Assembly (NCBI GenBank): GCA_965287045.1
Contig: OZ336881.1
Span: 46,252,001 to 46,316,000, forward strand
Origin: Carcharhinus amblyrhynchos
Lineage: Eukaryota
Direction: 5' to 3'
DNA length: 64,000 nucleotides
Below the pieces are notes generated by a model. The model was not told the DNA's origin. It made no database searches and saw only the letters and a list, made by a program, of their open reading frames with translations. This document shows positions 12,717-24,013 of the stretch, in pieces. Each line of letters starts with the position of its first letter. Position 1 is the first letter of the stretch. A program made the translations under genes and the position numbers.

Positions 12717-13990
12717 TTCATTTAATGCCAAACATCAATGTCACCATTATTTGAAGAGGAATAAAGGGTAGAGGGATGGCACTTGGGAGACCAAGTCTAT
12801 TCTGTTCAGCCCCGACTAATGAACTGTCAGCAGGCATTGATAAGCCTGATCCTTAATACAATGAGGTTCATACAAATACAAGGATCACAATTGATCATAA
12901 CGTTGATATCTTGAAACACCGTTTCATAAATCTGGACAGATAAGATAACATATTACAGCATAACATACACAGTGGCTCCAGTCATTGGTGACTGCTGTTT
13001 AAATTTGTTCTGCAAAGAGCTAGGACCATGAATGGAAAAAAAACACAATACAGAGAACAGGTCAACATCAAAGGGAAACAGTATAAATGAGGAAGTATCT
13101 CCTGAAATATTAGTGCAGCTGGAGTACTGATAGCTAAGCATGCATACAATATATTCTTGACTAACTCCCTGAATTGTACCTTACGGAACATAACAGCCTA
13201 CTTTATTAAATATATAAAGGCATTGACCATCTTCATTAGGTTTGTTCTCTGTTCTTCTTCCATATCACCAGTGCGCATATTTTGCTATGATGTTTGTGAT
13301 GGACACATCAAGTCTCTAATGCTAATTGGAAAGTGGACACCTTACTTTTCAAAATAAAAAGAAAACAATAAAATGAAACATTGACATTGTACTTCACAAA
13401 ACGGACTCAAGCAAGTCAGGTGACCCTTGTTATTGTTTCTGGACTTACCAAGACAAACAGATCATGTAGCTCTGGGGGATTACTTAAAATGCAAATAAAT
13501 TTCCAAGCTGTTCATTGAACATCCCTTTCAATTTCAGTGACAGATTTTTAGAATGACAAAAGCTGCTAGATTTGCCAGCTAACATGATGAAAGGATTTCA
13601 AATAAAGCTATTAGATGATCAAAACCGGAATGTTAAAGGGATATTAAATATTGTGTATCAATAACATAGGCTTCAACTCATTGTGTGGACAATGGAAGAT
13701 ATTGATACTTCCATTAATTGAGTAAAACTGGCTGGAGAGAGAGTAATGTTTTCAACCATCATCTTAAGGAGTGTTAACAATGACCTGTTTCTTGTAACTG
13801 TTAGTAATGTTACAATTCTAAATGCCATAATTTCTTTTGTGTGTGTGTGTTTGAAATGTGTGTGTTTATTGTATTAACATCTTAGGTGTTGTGAAAAATA
13901 AAAGTTTACCCTTCTGATTTAAACTTACAAGGAAGCCTGTTCCTTAAGGTTACAGCACTCAAAAAAAAATACACTCTTTCCCAAAAATAC

Positions 13991-14126
13991 AAATGGGTTT
14001 TTATAGGTGTTCATGTATGTTACATTCAAGAAATACTATTTTTTTGTCCACTTCCAATTTGTGGTTATTTCCTTGACACTTTAATAATCTCACAAGGCTG
14101 CTTCCAATGAAGTTCTTTCAATGGCT
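13991..14126 (+). repeat. Copy 2 of the 136-bp direct duplication
   Basis: aaatgggttt...ccttgacactttaataatctcacaaggctgcttccaatgaagttctttcaat is shared with 12581-12716. Confidence 0.95.
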
Positions 14127-14539
14127 ACACTCTTCTCATGAATATACTCCTTCCCAAAATGCTGTGGTGAGCCGTGAGGTGAGGAAAATGGGAACATTAT
14201 CCTATGCCTCTTTCCATTTGTAACATTGTTGTTGCTCTCCACAATCACAAAAGCATTCTCAATGCAATCAATTGAATTTATTGAGTGATGTCTGGATGAT
14301 ATCTGTTTATCCAAATGCTCCTCTTTGTGCTGTGGAATTGTGTACGATATTGATTGACTAACATACCACTTCTAAGTATTTCTTTTAGTTGGAAGAATAA
14401 CTATTCTGATCAGCTGCAAGATTTTACTTCCAGACTGCTGGGAGCCTGGTATACCACAGTTTCCTTAGTCCATGGAGGATTGTGATAGCTGACAAGGACT
14501 GTTTGCTTCCTGCTACCTCATTCCATTAGAAATTAAGAA

Positions 14540-14770
14540 GCTGGGGTAGAAGAACAAAGAATCTAGCGTCACAGGTGAAGATGTTACTCAAAGCAATATC
14601 ATATGTCGGAAAAACACCTAGATTTACAACTAATGGTATGAAGTCCAAAAAGAGTGAAGTCGTGTTGAACTTGGAAAGGACAGTAGTTAGGCAAACTTAA
14701 TGCATTATGTACTGTTCAGATTTCCATACTTTAAATGGACGTAGAAGCTCTGGAAAAGATTGGTGTGGAG
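14540..14770 (+). mobile_element. Degraded CR1 RT C-terminal fragment
   Basis: Traces of G...K.SEVVLNL.RTVVR..L..YV.F..PY...DVEALEK. Confidence 0.6.
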
Positions 14771-15099
14771 TATAAACATCAGTATAGATCAATAATTCTG
14801 TCAATTAGCCGAGCTGTTTAAATGCCCCTATAATGCAGCTCACAGCTTATTAAATGGATTAATATTTTAAACTATTTAAGATTGGCACACTACATGGATC
14901 ATGGATGATCACACCCAAATTTTAACATACAGGTTGAAAACATTTAGGCTGATGGTCCACTCTGAACCAAGTCTGCTCTGGAACAGCGTGACAGTGCTCC
15001 AAATTCTGGAGCCTTGTTGGGCAGACACCACAATGCACATTTGCAAGCTCCTCATAACCTGGTCCCCTACAATTCAGCTAGCCTCAAAACATTGGCTCT

Positions 15100-15183
15100 A
15101 TTCTGTCACCACAGATGCTGAGATTTTCCAGCATTTTCTGTTTTTGTTTCAGATTCCAGCATCCACAGTATTTTGCTTTTACT
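15100..15183 (+). mobile_element. Penelope-like element (family 2) 3' end fragment
   Basis: cacagatgctgagattttccagcattttctgtttttgtttcagattccagcatccacagtattttgctttt, the reverse complement of the start of 36012-36280. Confidence 0.65.
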
Positions 15184-16239
15184 CTTACAATTTGGGGTGG
15201 ATTTGGTATTCCTCAGAGCAGGCAGGCTTAAGAATTGCTGTACATTGAATTTTTGCTTCAAGTACAAATGTGTGAACAAGAAGATTTTCTTACTCATCCC
15301 ATCTTTTAGGAACCCCAGTTGAAACCTGAATATTTCATGTGACAATGCCATTCAGTTCTCTATTGGTTATACAACATGTAACACAAAAATAAACTTCTTG
15401 GATATAGTATGTTAAATCCAGCTATTGCAATAAAATGAACAAAAATATGCTGGACAAAATGGTTTGGTCCCTGTGTTAATATTTTTAACTGCATTGTCTA
15501 TATGCAAGTTTAAATTTTGCTGCAAAAGCAATGCCAATTTTTTTTTGGTCCCCATAAAAGAACTCCCATCCAGAAAAGCCCCAGCATTAATAAGTTGTGA
15601 CAACAATTTGTTTGAAATTTGGATTGCCACTGCAAAATGAAAAGCCTTGGCCGCTGAGAAAGTAAAAGTACTGTGACATTTCCAACATAATGGTATTTTA
15701 AACTGTAATGTCACATTTTCGGTGCAAAATACATCACCATGTTATTTGGTTGACCAAAAGGAAATGCAGGTTGACCAACTGTTTTTGTGTGGCATGATTA
15801 TACTTGAGCCATATCATTGCCCAGTTGGGAATTCGGCGCAGGAACGACAATCCAGATCCACAATGGCCATTAATGCCAGCAGCTAAGACTGTTTGATATT
15901 GTAAATATTTTCAATGTGTGTTTTAACTTTAGTTTGTCCATTAAAAATCCATTTCAAAATTTAAAGAAAAAATCAATATTAACATCAACATTATAACATG
16001 GTGTGTCAATTTTTAAACAAAAACCCTTAAGTTTCTGGTCCACAAAGCACAGCTTTGTAGGAGTCATGCTGGCAATGTCATGGCACCCATATCTGAAATG
16101 GGGTCCATGATGCGACCTGGCTGTAAGGACTGGTCACTCTAGTAAATCACCCAGTGGTTCAATAGTATGATAAGTTAGTTGACATAGCAGGCTTCACTGT
16201 GAGACTGAACAACTGACAACAGACAAATACCAACATGAA

Positions 16240-16365
16240 GCTGAAAGGCATCAACTTGAAAAGTTAATTGTGTTTCTTGTCACAGATGCTGCCTGACCCA
16301 CTTGCTATAGCATTTTTTATTTTTTATTTTTTGTTTCAAATTTCCAGCAGTATTTTCATCTTGTA
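16240..16365 (+). mobile_element. Penelope-like element (family 2) 3' end fragment, degraded
   Basis: cacagatgctgcctgacc...agcattttt...gtttcaaatttccagcagtatttt, preceded by an eroded hammerhead-like remnant (ctgaaaggcatcaacttgaaaagttaa). Confidence 0.55.
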
Positions 16366-17852
16366 TAGTAGGATTCCCAGGGTGCAGTCAACTGAACACA
16401 AACCATTCTTTGGGTCAAGTGTTTTAGTGGGAAGTTGTTTTACAACCTTAAAGATTACCATTCTATTTTGGTAAGGAGCTATGCCCAGGGCACCCTATTA
16501 ATGCCCTTTATCCTGGTAGCATCCAAGGTACATTCATCCTGTGCCAGGCAGCTGTAGCTGTCACCTTTTGAATCATTACAAAGAAACCAACACTGATTGC
16601 TGAATAGCCCAGAAGACCACTTCTATCCCTGGCTCGTGACTTCCCTCTATCACTCGACAGTGACCTGAATTTTACCACCTCACCCGGCCCATTTGAGTGG
16701 GTGTGGGTCACAGAAGGGAATTCTCCATTGTTCTCAGGTAGGATTTTATGAGCCTTGTCTGAACAAGGCCATAAAATACCGGCCTGTGTGTCTACAATGA
16801 AAGCCATGCAGCCAACAAGAACATTGTTAAGCATATGACTGATGTCCTGAAACAATGGTTTTCTGCCTTGACTGCTCAGGGAGAACCCTCCAGTATTCAT
16901 TGGACAGTTTGTGGCGGTCTGTTATCTCCTCCTGAAGGATTGTGAGCGCACAACCCTTTCAATCAAGCCTTCAGAAGACACCTTGGGAGGAGGAGAAGAA
17001 AAATGAAGGAAGCATCTTTGGACATACTTGTTCTGAGCAGGCCTCTGTGAGCACATATTCAGACTCTTGTTTCTCTGAAATGCCACTCCCAAATCACGGT
17101 TGCTCAAAATTCCCCACTGTCCAATCCATCCATCATGTACTATCACAGTACTCTTGGTCAAAATCCTGAAATGAAAGCACCAACAAAAACCATTCTATAG
17201 TAGCTTTATCCAACATTACTTCCAATAATGTATACAAAATTGAACTATTTACTGTAGTGCACTCCCTCAGTGTCTGTCTTGCAGGTGTCTTTGCCTGTCT
17301 TGGTGCTCCTGTGCAGTGCTGCACAATCCCTGCTGGATGACCTTCACTGGGACAGAATCTTGCAGAACAGTGTCGAGGAACTTAGTGCTTTGTGGGCTCA
17401 GTTTCAGACCACTCCATCTCAGCCTTTATGGAGACAGTCTGGGTTGCCTAATCATAAGGCAAGGGTAATTGTTGTGAAAGGATAAATGCTGCCATCTCAA
17501 AGGAGGAAGTGTTTTGTGCACTGCAGAGGCACAGGCACTTGCCGGGGGAGCCTTAGAAATCCTAGTGATCTGTTGGAGGGCAGATTGCTGGAATACTGTG
17601 GGAGGTTGCATGCCCCTTTGAGAACTGGCACTACCAGTCATGATGACAGCATTCTGAGTTTACATGGCACCAAGCCAGGCTTGCATGGCATTAGGCATGG
17701 ATTGTGTGACTTCAGTCTGTGCTTCCAATGAAGCATGCAGATATTGGGTGACTTCTGTACCTTTGCTGCAATGAAAGCTGAGAAACTGCATTACAGGTGG
17801 GTCTGCACATGCTTTCATGGAGTTGACCACCACTTCCATGATGGAAACAATA

Positions 17853-18355
17853 AGCTCCAAGCTTTATGTGAAGTTCAGTGCCAAGTTTATAGCAGACCTC
17901 TCCATGCTCCTTGCCAATGGCAAATAATTTTTTACAATAAGAAGTCTCAGAACATCAGGTTAAAGTGTTGGACTTTAACCTGGTGTTGTGAGACTTCTTA
18001 CTGTGTTTACCCCTGTCCAACGCCAGCATCTCCACATCACAAAATAATTTTTTGGCAGGCCTGCCAATCCACCCAATATGTCAGTACACATTTCAATCAG
18101 CATTCTCCTATACACTGCCCCATCATTGCCTCATCAGAAGCCTCTGCAACAGGACTTGTCCATAATCTTGCCCTCAGATGAGCTGGCACACAAACTCTCT
18201 TTTAACCCAGCTTGCATGCAGCCTGCTCATGTCCACTGACCTGCCCATGTGTTATTATTCTCAAAGATGTACACAGTGCCAGTTCCTGAGCTGATTATCA
18301 TGAATACCTGGTCTGTTATAAACTTGGCACTGAACTTCACATAAAGCTTGGAGCT
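17853..18355. repeat. 46-bp near-perfect inverted repeat (17853-17898 / 18310-18355)
   Basis: agctccaagctttatgtgaagttcagtgccaagtttata(g/a)cagacc, one mismatch. Confidence 0.95.
17934..18041 (+). mobile_element. Penelope-like element (family 1) mini fold-back insertion with 12-bp TSD
   Basis: Inverted arms 17934-17966 and 17972-18004, followed by the tail gtttacccctgtccaacgccagcatctccacatca. TSD AAATAATTTTTT at 17922-17933 and 18042-18053. Confidence 0.85.
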
Positions 18356-20284
18356 CAGTGTTTCTTCATTAGTGGTATGGTACAGCTCTTACCCTTCATA
18401 CTGAGGCTGCAGTGACAGCCCTTGGGTATCTCTAAAAAGACAATTAAAAGGAGAATGTTAGGCAGGGTGGGGTGGAAAGCGAGAGGTCAATGGTCACACC
18501 ATCTGCAGCTTGCACTGCATGTTAGTTAGCAGGATAACTTGGTGGGAGTTAAGAAGAGGCACCAAACAGGCACATACTGTCATCCCAAGCATTCTCTGTG
18601 CTGCTGGATGCAATGGCCTCAATTTTCTTGCCTCCTGAGAGCTCAGTCAATGCAGGCAAGCTGTCCCTTGTCAATTCTCTGTTGCTGTGGGAATTGACCT
18701 CTCTGGTCACCTGGTCGCATTCCCTTTTCTGAATGTGCCTTGGGGGCCTCCTGGCCACCGGTGGAAACACAGCTTCTCCCTTCCACTTGCATCACTTAAA
18801 GCCTGTAGAGCCACATCCAAAATCCTGTGAGATCCCTCTCAGGCCCCTTGCTCCATTTTCTGTCTTTACCTTCTATTCAAGCTTTTCTAACACTTGCAGC
18901 AACTGCTGTATACTGAATAGTCCTTTAAAAATGCTTGGTTGCCTGTGTGTTGTCCTTACCATGCAAGCCACTGAGCCCCTTGTTGAGCATGCAGCCACTT
19001 AGCAGCACATTCTGCGGTAGACTGCAACCTCCAATCAAGCTGCATGGCAGGCAGCACAACTTTGCATGCTGCTTGCCTCAGTGAGACCAGCCATGAGATA
19101 ATAGTGCATTATGATTCCTGTGCCCGAAAACGGGCTTGATCATATTCCACACCACCCCTCCTCACCGCCCACTTGCCCCTGGACATATGACATCTATGAC
19201 ATTACCTTGTTAAAACTGTCAGCCACATAGTTCACTTTACAAACGATAATTAAATTTTAAACCTTGTTATATTAGCAACAACAAAACTGCGCTAGAGAGG
19301 ATAAAATAGTGTTTAAGTAACAACCCACTGAAGAATATCCCATCATTCTTGGGCAAAAGTAAAGACTATCAATTCAGTGAAAATAATTAAATGGCAGTTT
19401 AGCTCCCAAACAAAGCTAGATCAATTAAGATTAATTTAAGATAACGTCCTGGTGGAAAACTGAATCTGGCTGATCAAGAACAGAATGCACTCGCAGCTGC
19501 GCAACAACTCAACTATCCCTGACCATCCTTCTAATGTCCTTGTAGAAATTAATTTTGTTGTCGACTTTGGCACCTTTGAATGTAACTTGCAGAGTGTTTA
19601 ATTTTGTCGCCTGCATTTTGTTTCCATTATTCATTGTTGTTTTATACTTTTCTGAAGTGGAAATGTCTGCTTTTTTGTGGATTTTCCAATTGGTTTCACT
19701 TGCTAATGGAAGTAATTACGTTAGGATATCTCGCATGCAAGATATGAAATGAAAATGAAAATTTGAATAAGATGAGTTTTTTGGGTTGCAGCACCTTGTT
19801 GTACCACCTTGTTCAACCTTTCCTCTGTCAGAACCTGCTTCCATGCAAGACAGCTGTTTCCAAAGAGCGAGATAGTTTAAAGTGGCTTGTGGGGGGGGTG
19901 GGAATCGGAGGTATTTTTCAGGAGCCAAGGAAGGGAGTGGAGATACTAAAGAGATCTCCAAATCATTGCAATTGCCTTTACTTTTTTGCTATCGTCAACT
20001 AGACATTACAACATCCGTATCAACCTCATTAGCAATGCCTTTAATTCAACACAACAATAAATGGGTGGTTTTGTACTTGAAATTGGTTTAATAAATTTAA
20101 TGCGAGCTCTTGAATGGCAATTCTAGGTCTGTTCTAAATGAACTGAGCAGTACATAGCAATAATACCGACAGCTTCATTCCATGCAAATTAAATGGATAT
20201 ATTTTAGAAAATGACATTTTGGCATACAGTGTATCCTTAATTTGGTTTGTGCCATGTAGTGCATGTGGCTTGCTTGATACATAC

Positions 20285-20495
20285 AGGTGACTTTGGACCT
20301 ATGGTTCCCTAGGCGTGACACCACTGGATTTGTCCCATGTCTTGAGTGAGCTTATTGTTGGTTAATTGATAGAGATTGATTGCTGTGATTAGGCAAAAAC
20401 CTCATTTTCTTTGTATCATGAGACTACCAGGATGGTCGAAGGCAAACTTGATGGACCTCAGTCTTTTTTCATCTCACATTTCCTATGTTCCTAGA
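20285..20495 (+). mobile_element. Old CR1 3' UTR/tail
   Basis: Ends in gatggacctcagtcttttttcatctcacatttcctatgttcctag, a CR1-type stem plus the (ctatgttc) tail. Confidence 0.5.
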
Positions 20496-22537
20496 AATGC
20501 TCAGTAGAGTCAATTTGTCAAAATCTGCACGATGCTTGCACAGGCTACTACAACAGTACGTGATGGATTGATAATTATGCAGCAACATCATTTGCAATGG
20601 CATTGAATAAAAAAAGCGCTTAAGTGATAGACAGTACAAGCAGTATGAAATTGTCTGTTAACTATTTTGATGTTACACACGTGTAAAAGGTATGAAAATA
20701 AATTATTTTCTTGAAATAACTGAGTGAAAAATTTGCCAAATTTATAAGACTGGGGCTAGTATTTTTTTAAATATAACTATTGCTAATATGTAATTACACT
20801 GCCACCCCAACAGCATTACTACCTAATTACCTATACCTATCAGATCATGTGAGATAGAACACAGGCCTTTGAAATTGTACAGTGCTTTTATTACAGGTTG
20901 TTTCCACTGCAATTGGGAAATGCACAAATAGTTATTTGGTCCTTTAGAAAAGAGTATGCACTCAAAATAGGTAATGTTCCCATTTCTAAAGGAAAATAGG
21001 ACACAGCTAATTAGGTTTCTTCTGGTGTAAAAACAGCAATAAGTGGACAATAGCACATGTTTAAAATCCTAACAAATATCCATGAGATAATGTGTAGAAA
21101 AGTACAATAAACAAGTGAGTGTAGTTATCCATTGAGGAAGATTAGGCATTGTTAAATATTCTGTCACCAGAATTCTGTGGACTGGAAAAGTGGGTAGAAT
21201 GTGGATTCAGCAGAAGGTACAGGGCTACAAGATCAAGAAATTAATATGAACAAGGTGGAATGATCCCCACAAATCCTGCACAGGGATCCAGCTGAGAATG
21301 AAGAGGATGGAAAACATTGGGATTCTTCTCTTCACTGTTTTATGCTCTCTACTTCTTGATAGTCATCTTTTCTGCTATAAATGTTCACTTTCCAAGCATC
21401 ACACTATACTTAGGTTGAGAGGGCAGATGAGTGATCTGCTTTCAGGCCTTTCTGATGCTGCTTTCTGCCCAGCCATTAGGAAAGGTATGGCTAGCTGATA
21501 TGCCTGAAACTATTCCTCCTTCCCTTCAGTGATAGATCATGTGCAGCATTGCCTGACAGAGAAATAACTGATATTTGGATATCTGCTTGTAGAACCAAAC
21601 TCATGGGGTAGCTTTTTGTTTTCATTACAGAGCAGTAATTTGATGGAACAGATTGCCTGCTCTCTCTAGAACGTGTCTGATTATAATTCCAATGAAATTA
21701 AAATCAGATAGTTTATGTAAAGGCTGGGGCAGGGCGTTCTGCTTCACTAGGTTATTACAGGCAGTGAAGATGAAAAACCAGTCCCCAATCTCTGACTCGG
21801 GACACTATGCTATGTAGGGGTTCAGTTCTCACTGCAGTATTTCACCCTGTATTCTATTGTACTCTGCTGTAGACAATGAACATCTGGAAAGGCCAAATTT
21901 ATTTTCAGTACTGCTTGCTGTACTCTGTATAAACAATTTTCTATAATTAGAGGAACAGGAACTCTTTACACCAGGGGGCTGACAAAAGTAGATGATTCAT
22001 CATTCATTGAGCCTATCTGCATTTCATTTCATTGATTCTCAGATTTGAATGATAGACACATTTTTCCATTCACCACCTTAGACAATTTTGAGCTTTGTGC
22101 AAGCAAGCTTTGCATGCATACATTAGTAAGCATGGGCATCTGTAAGAAATTCATGCACTATTTCCACCTTAACTTTGTATTTTCCAGGAGATATGTGCTC
22201 ATGAAAGTGTTCTTTCTTCTGTTATAAAGTGATTTGAATTTTTTGTGGGTTTATTGCAAAAGGTACACCAACATTTTCAGATCAGTTAAAAAAAAAGCTT
22301 GAACATGATTAAAATATTCGTTGTGATTCAGGTGCAAAATTTTGAAGGTCAATCAGAACAGCTTCTTAAATCAATGGCAATATCAAACATCAAAAATTAA
22401 TTTTAAACAATCATCTTAACAAGGATTTAATCGTAAAAGATTATGGCTGGAATTTTGAGGCCATTCACACCCCATTCCTGCTGCAAGTAAGGATGGGTAA
22501 TTTGGCACTCAGCCAAATCTCCGTTCACTGCAGTGGG

Positions 22538-22799
22538 CATGATGTGGAGATGCTGGCGTGGACTGGGGTAAACACAGTAACAAGTCTCACAACACCAGAT
22601 TAAAGCCCAATGGGTTTATTTGATAGTAAACGCCACAAGCTTTCGGAACACACTGTTCCTTTGTCAGGTGAGCGGAGAGTTCTCAAGTGGAGAACTCTCC
22701 ACTCACCTGATGAAGGAACCACGTGTTCCGAAAGCTCGTGGTGTTTACTATCAAATAAACCTGTTGGACTTGAACCTGGTGTTGTGAGACTTCTTACTG
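22538..22799. mobile_element. Penelope-like element (family 1) palindromic insertion
   Basis: A roughly 36-nt tail (22539-22574), then 110-bp inverted arms 22575-22684 and 22690-22799 with about 14 mismatches. TSD ACTGCAGTGGG at 22527-22537 and 22796-22806 (first 4 nt overlap the element end). Confidence 0.9.
22704..22740 (+). ncRNA. Minimal type I hammerhead ribozyme motif (PLE-associated)
   Basis: CAC-CUGAUGA-a-GGAAC cacgu GUUCC-GAAA-GC-UC-GUG: core CUGANGA and GAAA, 5-bp stem II, palindromic AGCU stem III, UH cleavage site, 3-bp stem I. Confidence 0.75.
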
Positions 22800-22962
22800 C
22801 AGTGGGACCAGAGAATCCTGTCAGCGTGAATGGTCTGAAAATTCAGGTCCATATTAATGAATTTATAGGGATCTATATTTTGTTGCAAGAGCATTTACTC
22901 ATTTATAGGTAACTAGTTGCCTCTTGGTTTCTGTTACTTAGGGCTTTGAGTGACCATACATA

Positions 22963-24013
22963 GAGCAAAATTCTCCCAAACATTTATTAATAACATAATG
23001 ACAAGAAAACAGGAGTCATCCATGCTAGTCTTTCAGATGCACTCTGCACTGTAATCCTCCCACATTCAGTCACTTTTTTGGAGAGTTTGGAGTTTCATGC
23101 TGGTATTTGGGGAAAGGAGAGGGGAGGGGTGGCAGGGAAGCGCAGGATCTGAACATGCTGGTGAGCCTGGCTTTGGAGCAATTGGGCACCATTTTGCAAG
23201 GGTACCCAAATCTTACAGCTCAATGGAAGACCCCCTTCTTCCCCCCACAGACATCAAGACACCAACACCACCCCTTCCCAAGCAATGGTATGTTCCCCCA
23301 CCCCCCCCTCACCAACACAGATCACCCACATTGGGGCCCTCCTGATTGGTCCCACTGTCCAACCCATAGAATCTCTACAGTGCAGAAGGAGGCCATTCAG
23401 CCCATCGAGTCTGCACCACCAACATTCCTGCCCAGGGCCTGTTCCCGCTTAGTTACCCTGCTAATTCCTCTAACCTATCACAACCCCAGAGATGTCATCC
23501 CATCAAAATCATCTTCATGATCCATACCTGCATGACCCCCTCTGCCAGACTACCTGCCCTGCATAGCACCCCCCTGCCAAACCATCCCCCGCATAGCCTC
23601 TCCATCTGTGCATCCACAAAGGTCCCATCGCCTCGTACTGCCCCGGCACACTGGCAGTGCCCAGTTGGTACTGCTCACCCATGACCCCAGGGCTTCAATG
23701 GCCCCCAAGCTCTCTGGCATGAATATTGTGCCAGGCGTCTGCTTGTGGAGATCAGTTGCGACTATCTCTGTTCTTGCGTCACACCCGAAGGTTGGAGAAT
23801 TCTGTGCACTGGGATTCGAATGAATTATCTCTATTATATGCGACCTTAAATATATTAATCACCCTCACACTTTTCCTGGGCATGGTCTGGTTCATGCCAT
23901 TTGAAGGGACTGGGAGAATTGCAAAATATTTGGCACCTGGTGTAAAACTGATTTTTAGGCCCACATGCGATTGGTAAGATCTGTTAACAGTGTGGCAAGG
24001 TTGGAGAATCACC
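22963..24013. mobile_element. Harbinger-type non-autonomous element with a nested HE1 tail fragment (about 23365-23480, minus)
   Basis: Ends gagcaaaattctccc and ggagaatcaccc. Internal catagaatctctacagtgcagaaggaggccattcagcccatcgagtctgcacc is the HE1 3' end reversed. Confidence 0.55.

Larger units (their letters stand above)
17250..19150 (-). mobile_element. Degraded PIF/Harbinger element, Myb/SANT-like ORF relic
   Basis: Minus strand near 18680-18840 gives F.DVALQAL....EAVFPPVARRPPRHIQKRECDQVTREVNSHS, resembling the Harbinger Myb/SANT DNA-binding protein (W.EVA.EVN). Subterminal motif cctgtgcccgaaaacgggc at about 19117. Confidence 0.6.
22445..22850. mobile_element. MITE (same family as 6945-7082) interrupted by a PLE
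   Basis: Ends ggctggaattttgaggccattcac and gtgaatggtctgaaaattcaggtcc are inverted. The internal sequence is split at actgcagtggg. Confidence 0.7.

Noticed and set aside
19000-19021. tagcagcacat, like the miR-15/16 5' end
   Set aside because: The 3' part does not match, there is no precursor hairpin, and it lies in a Harbinger subterminal region.
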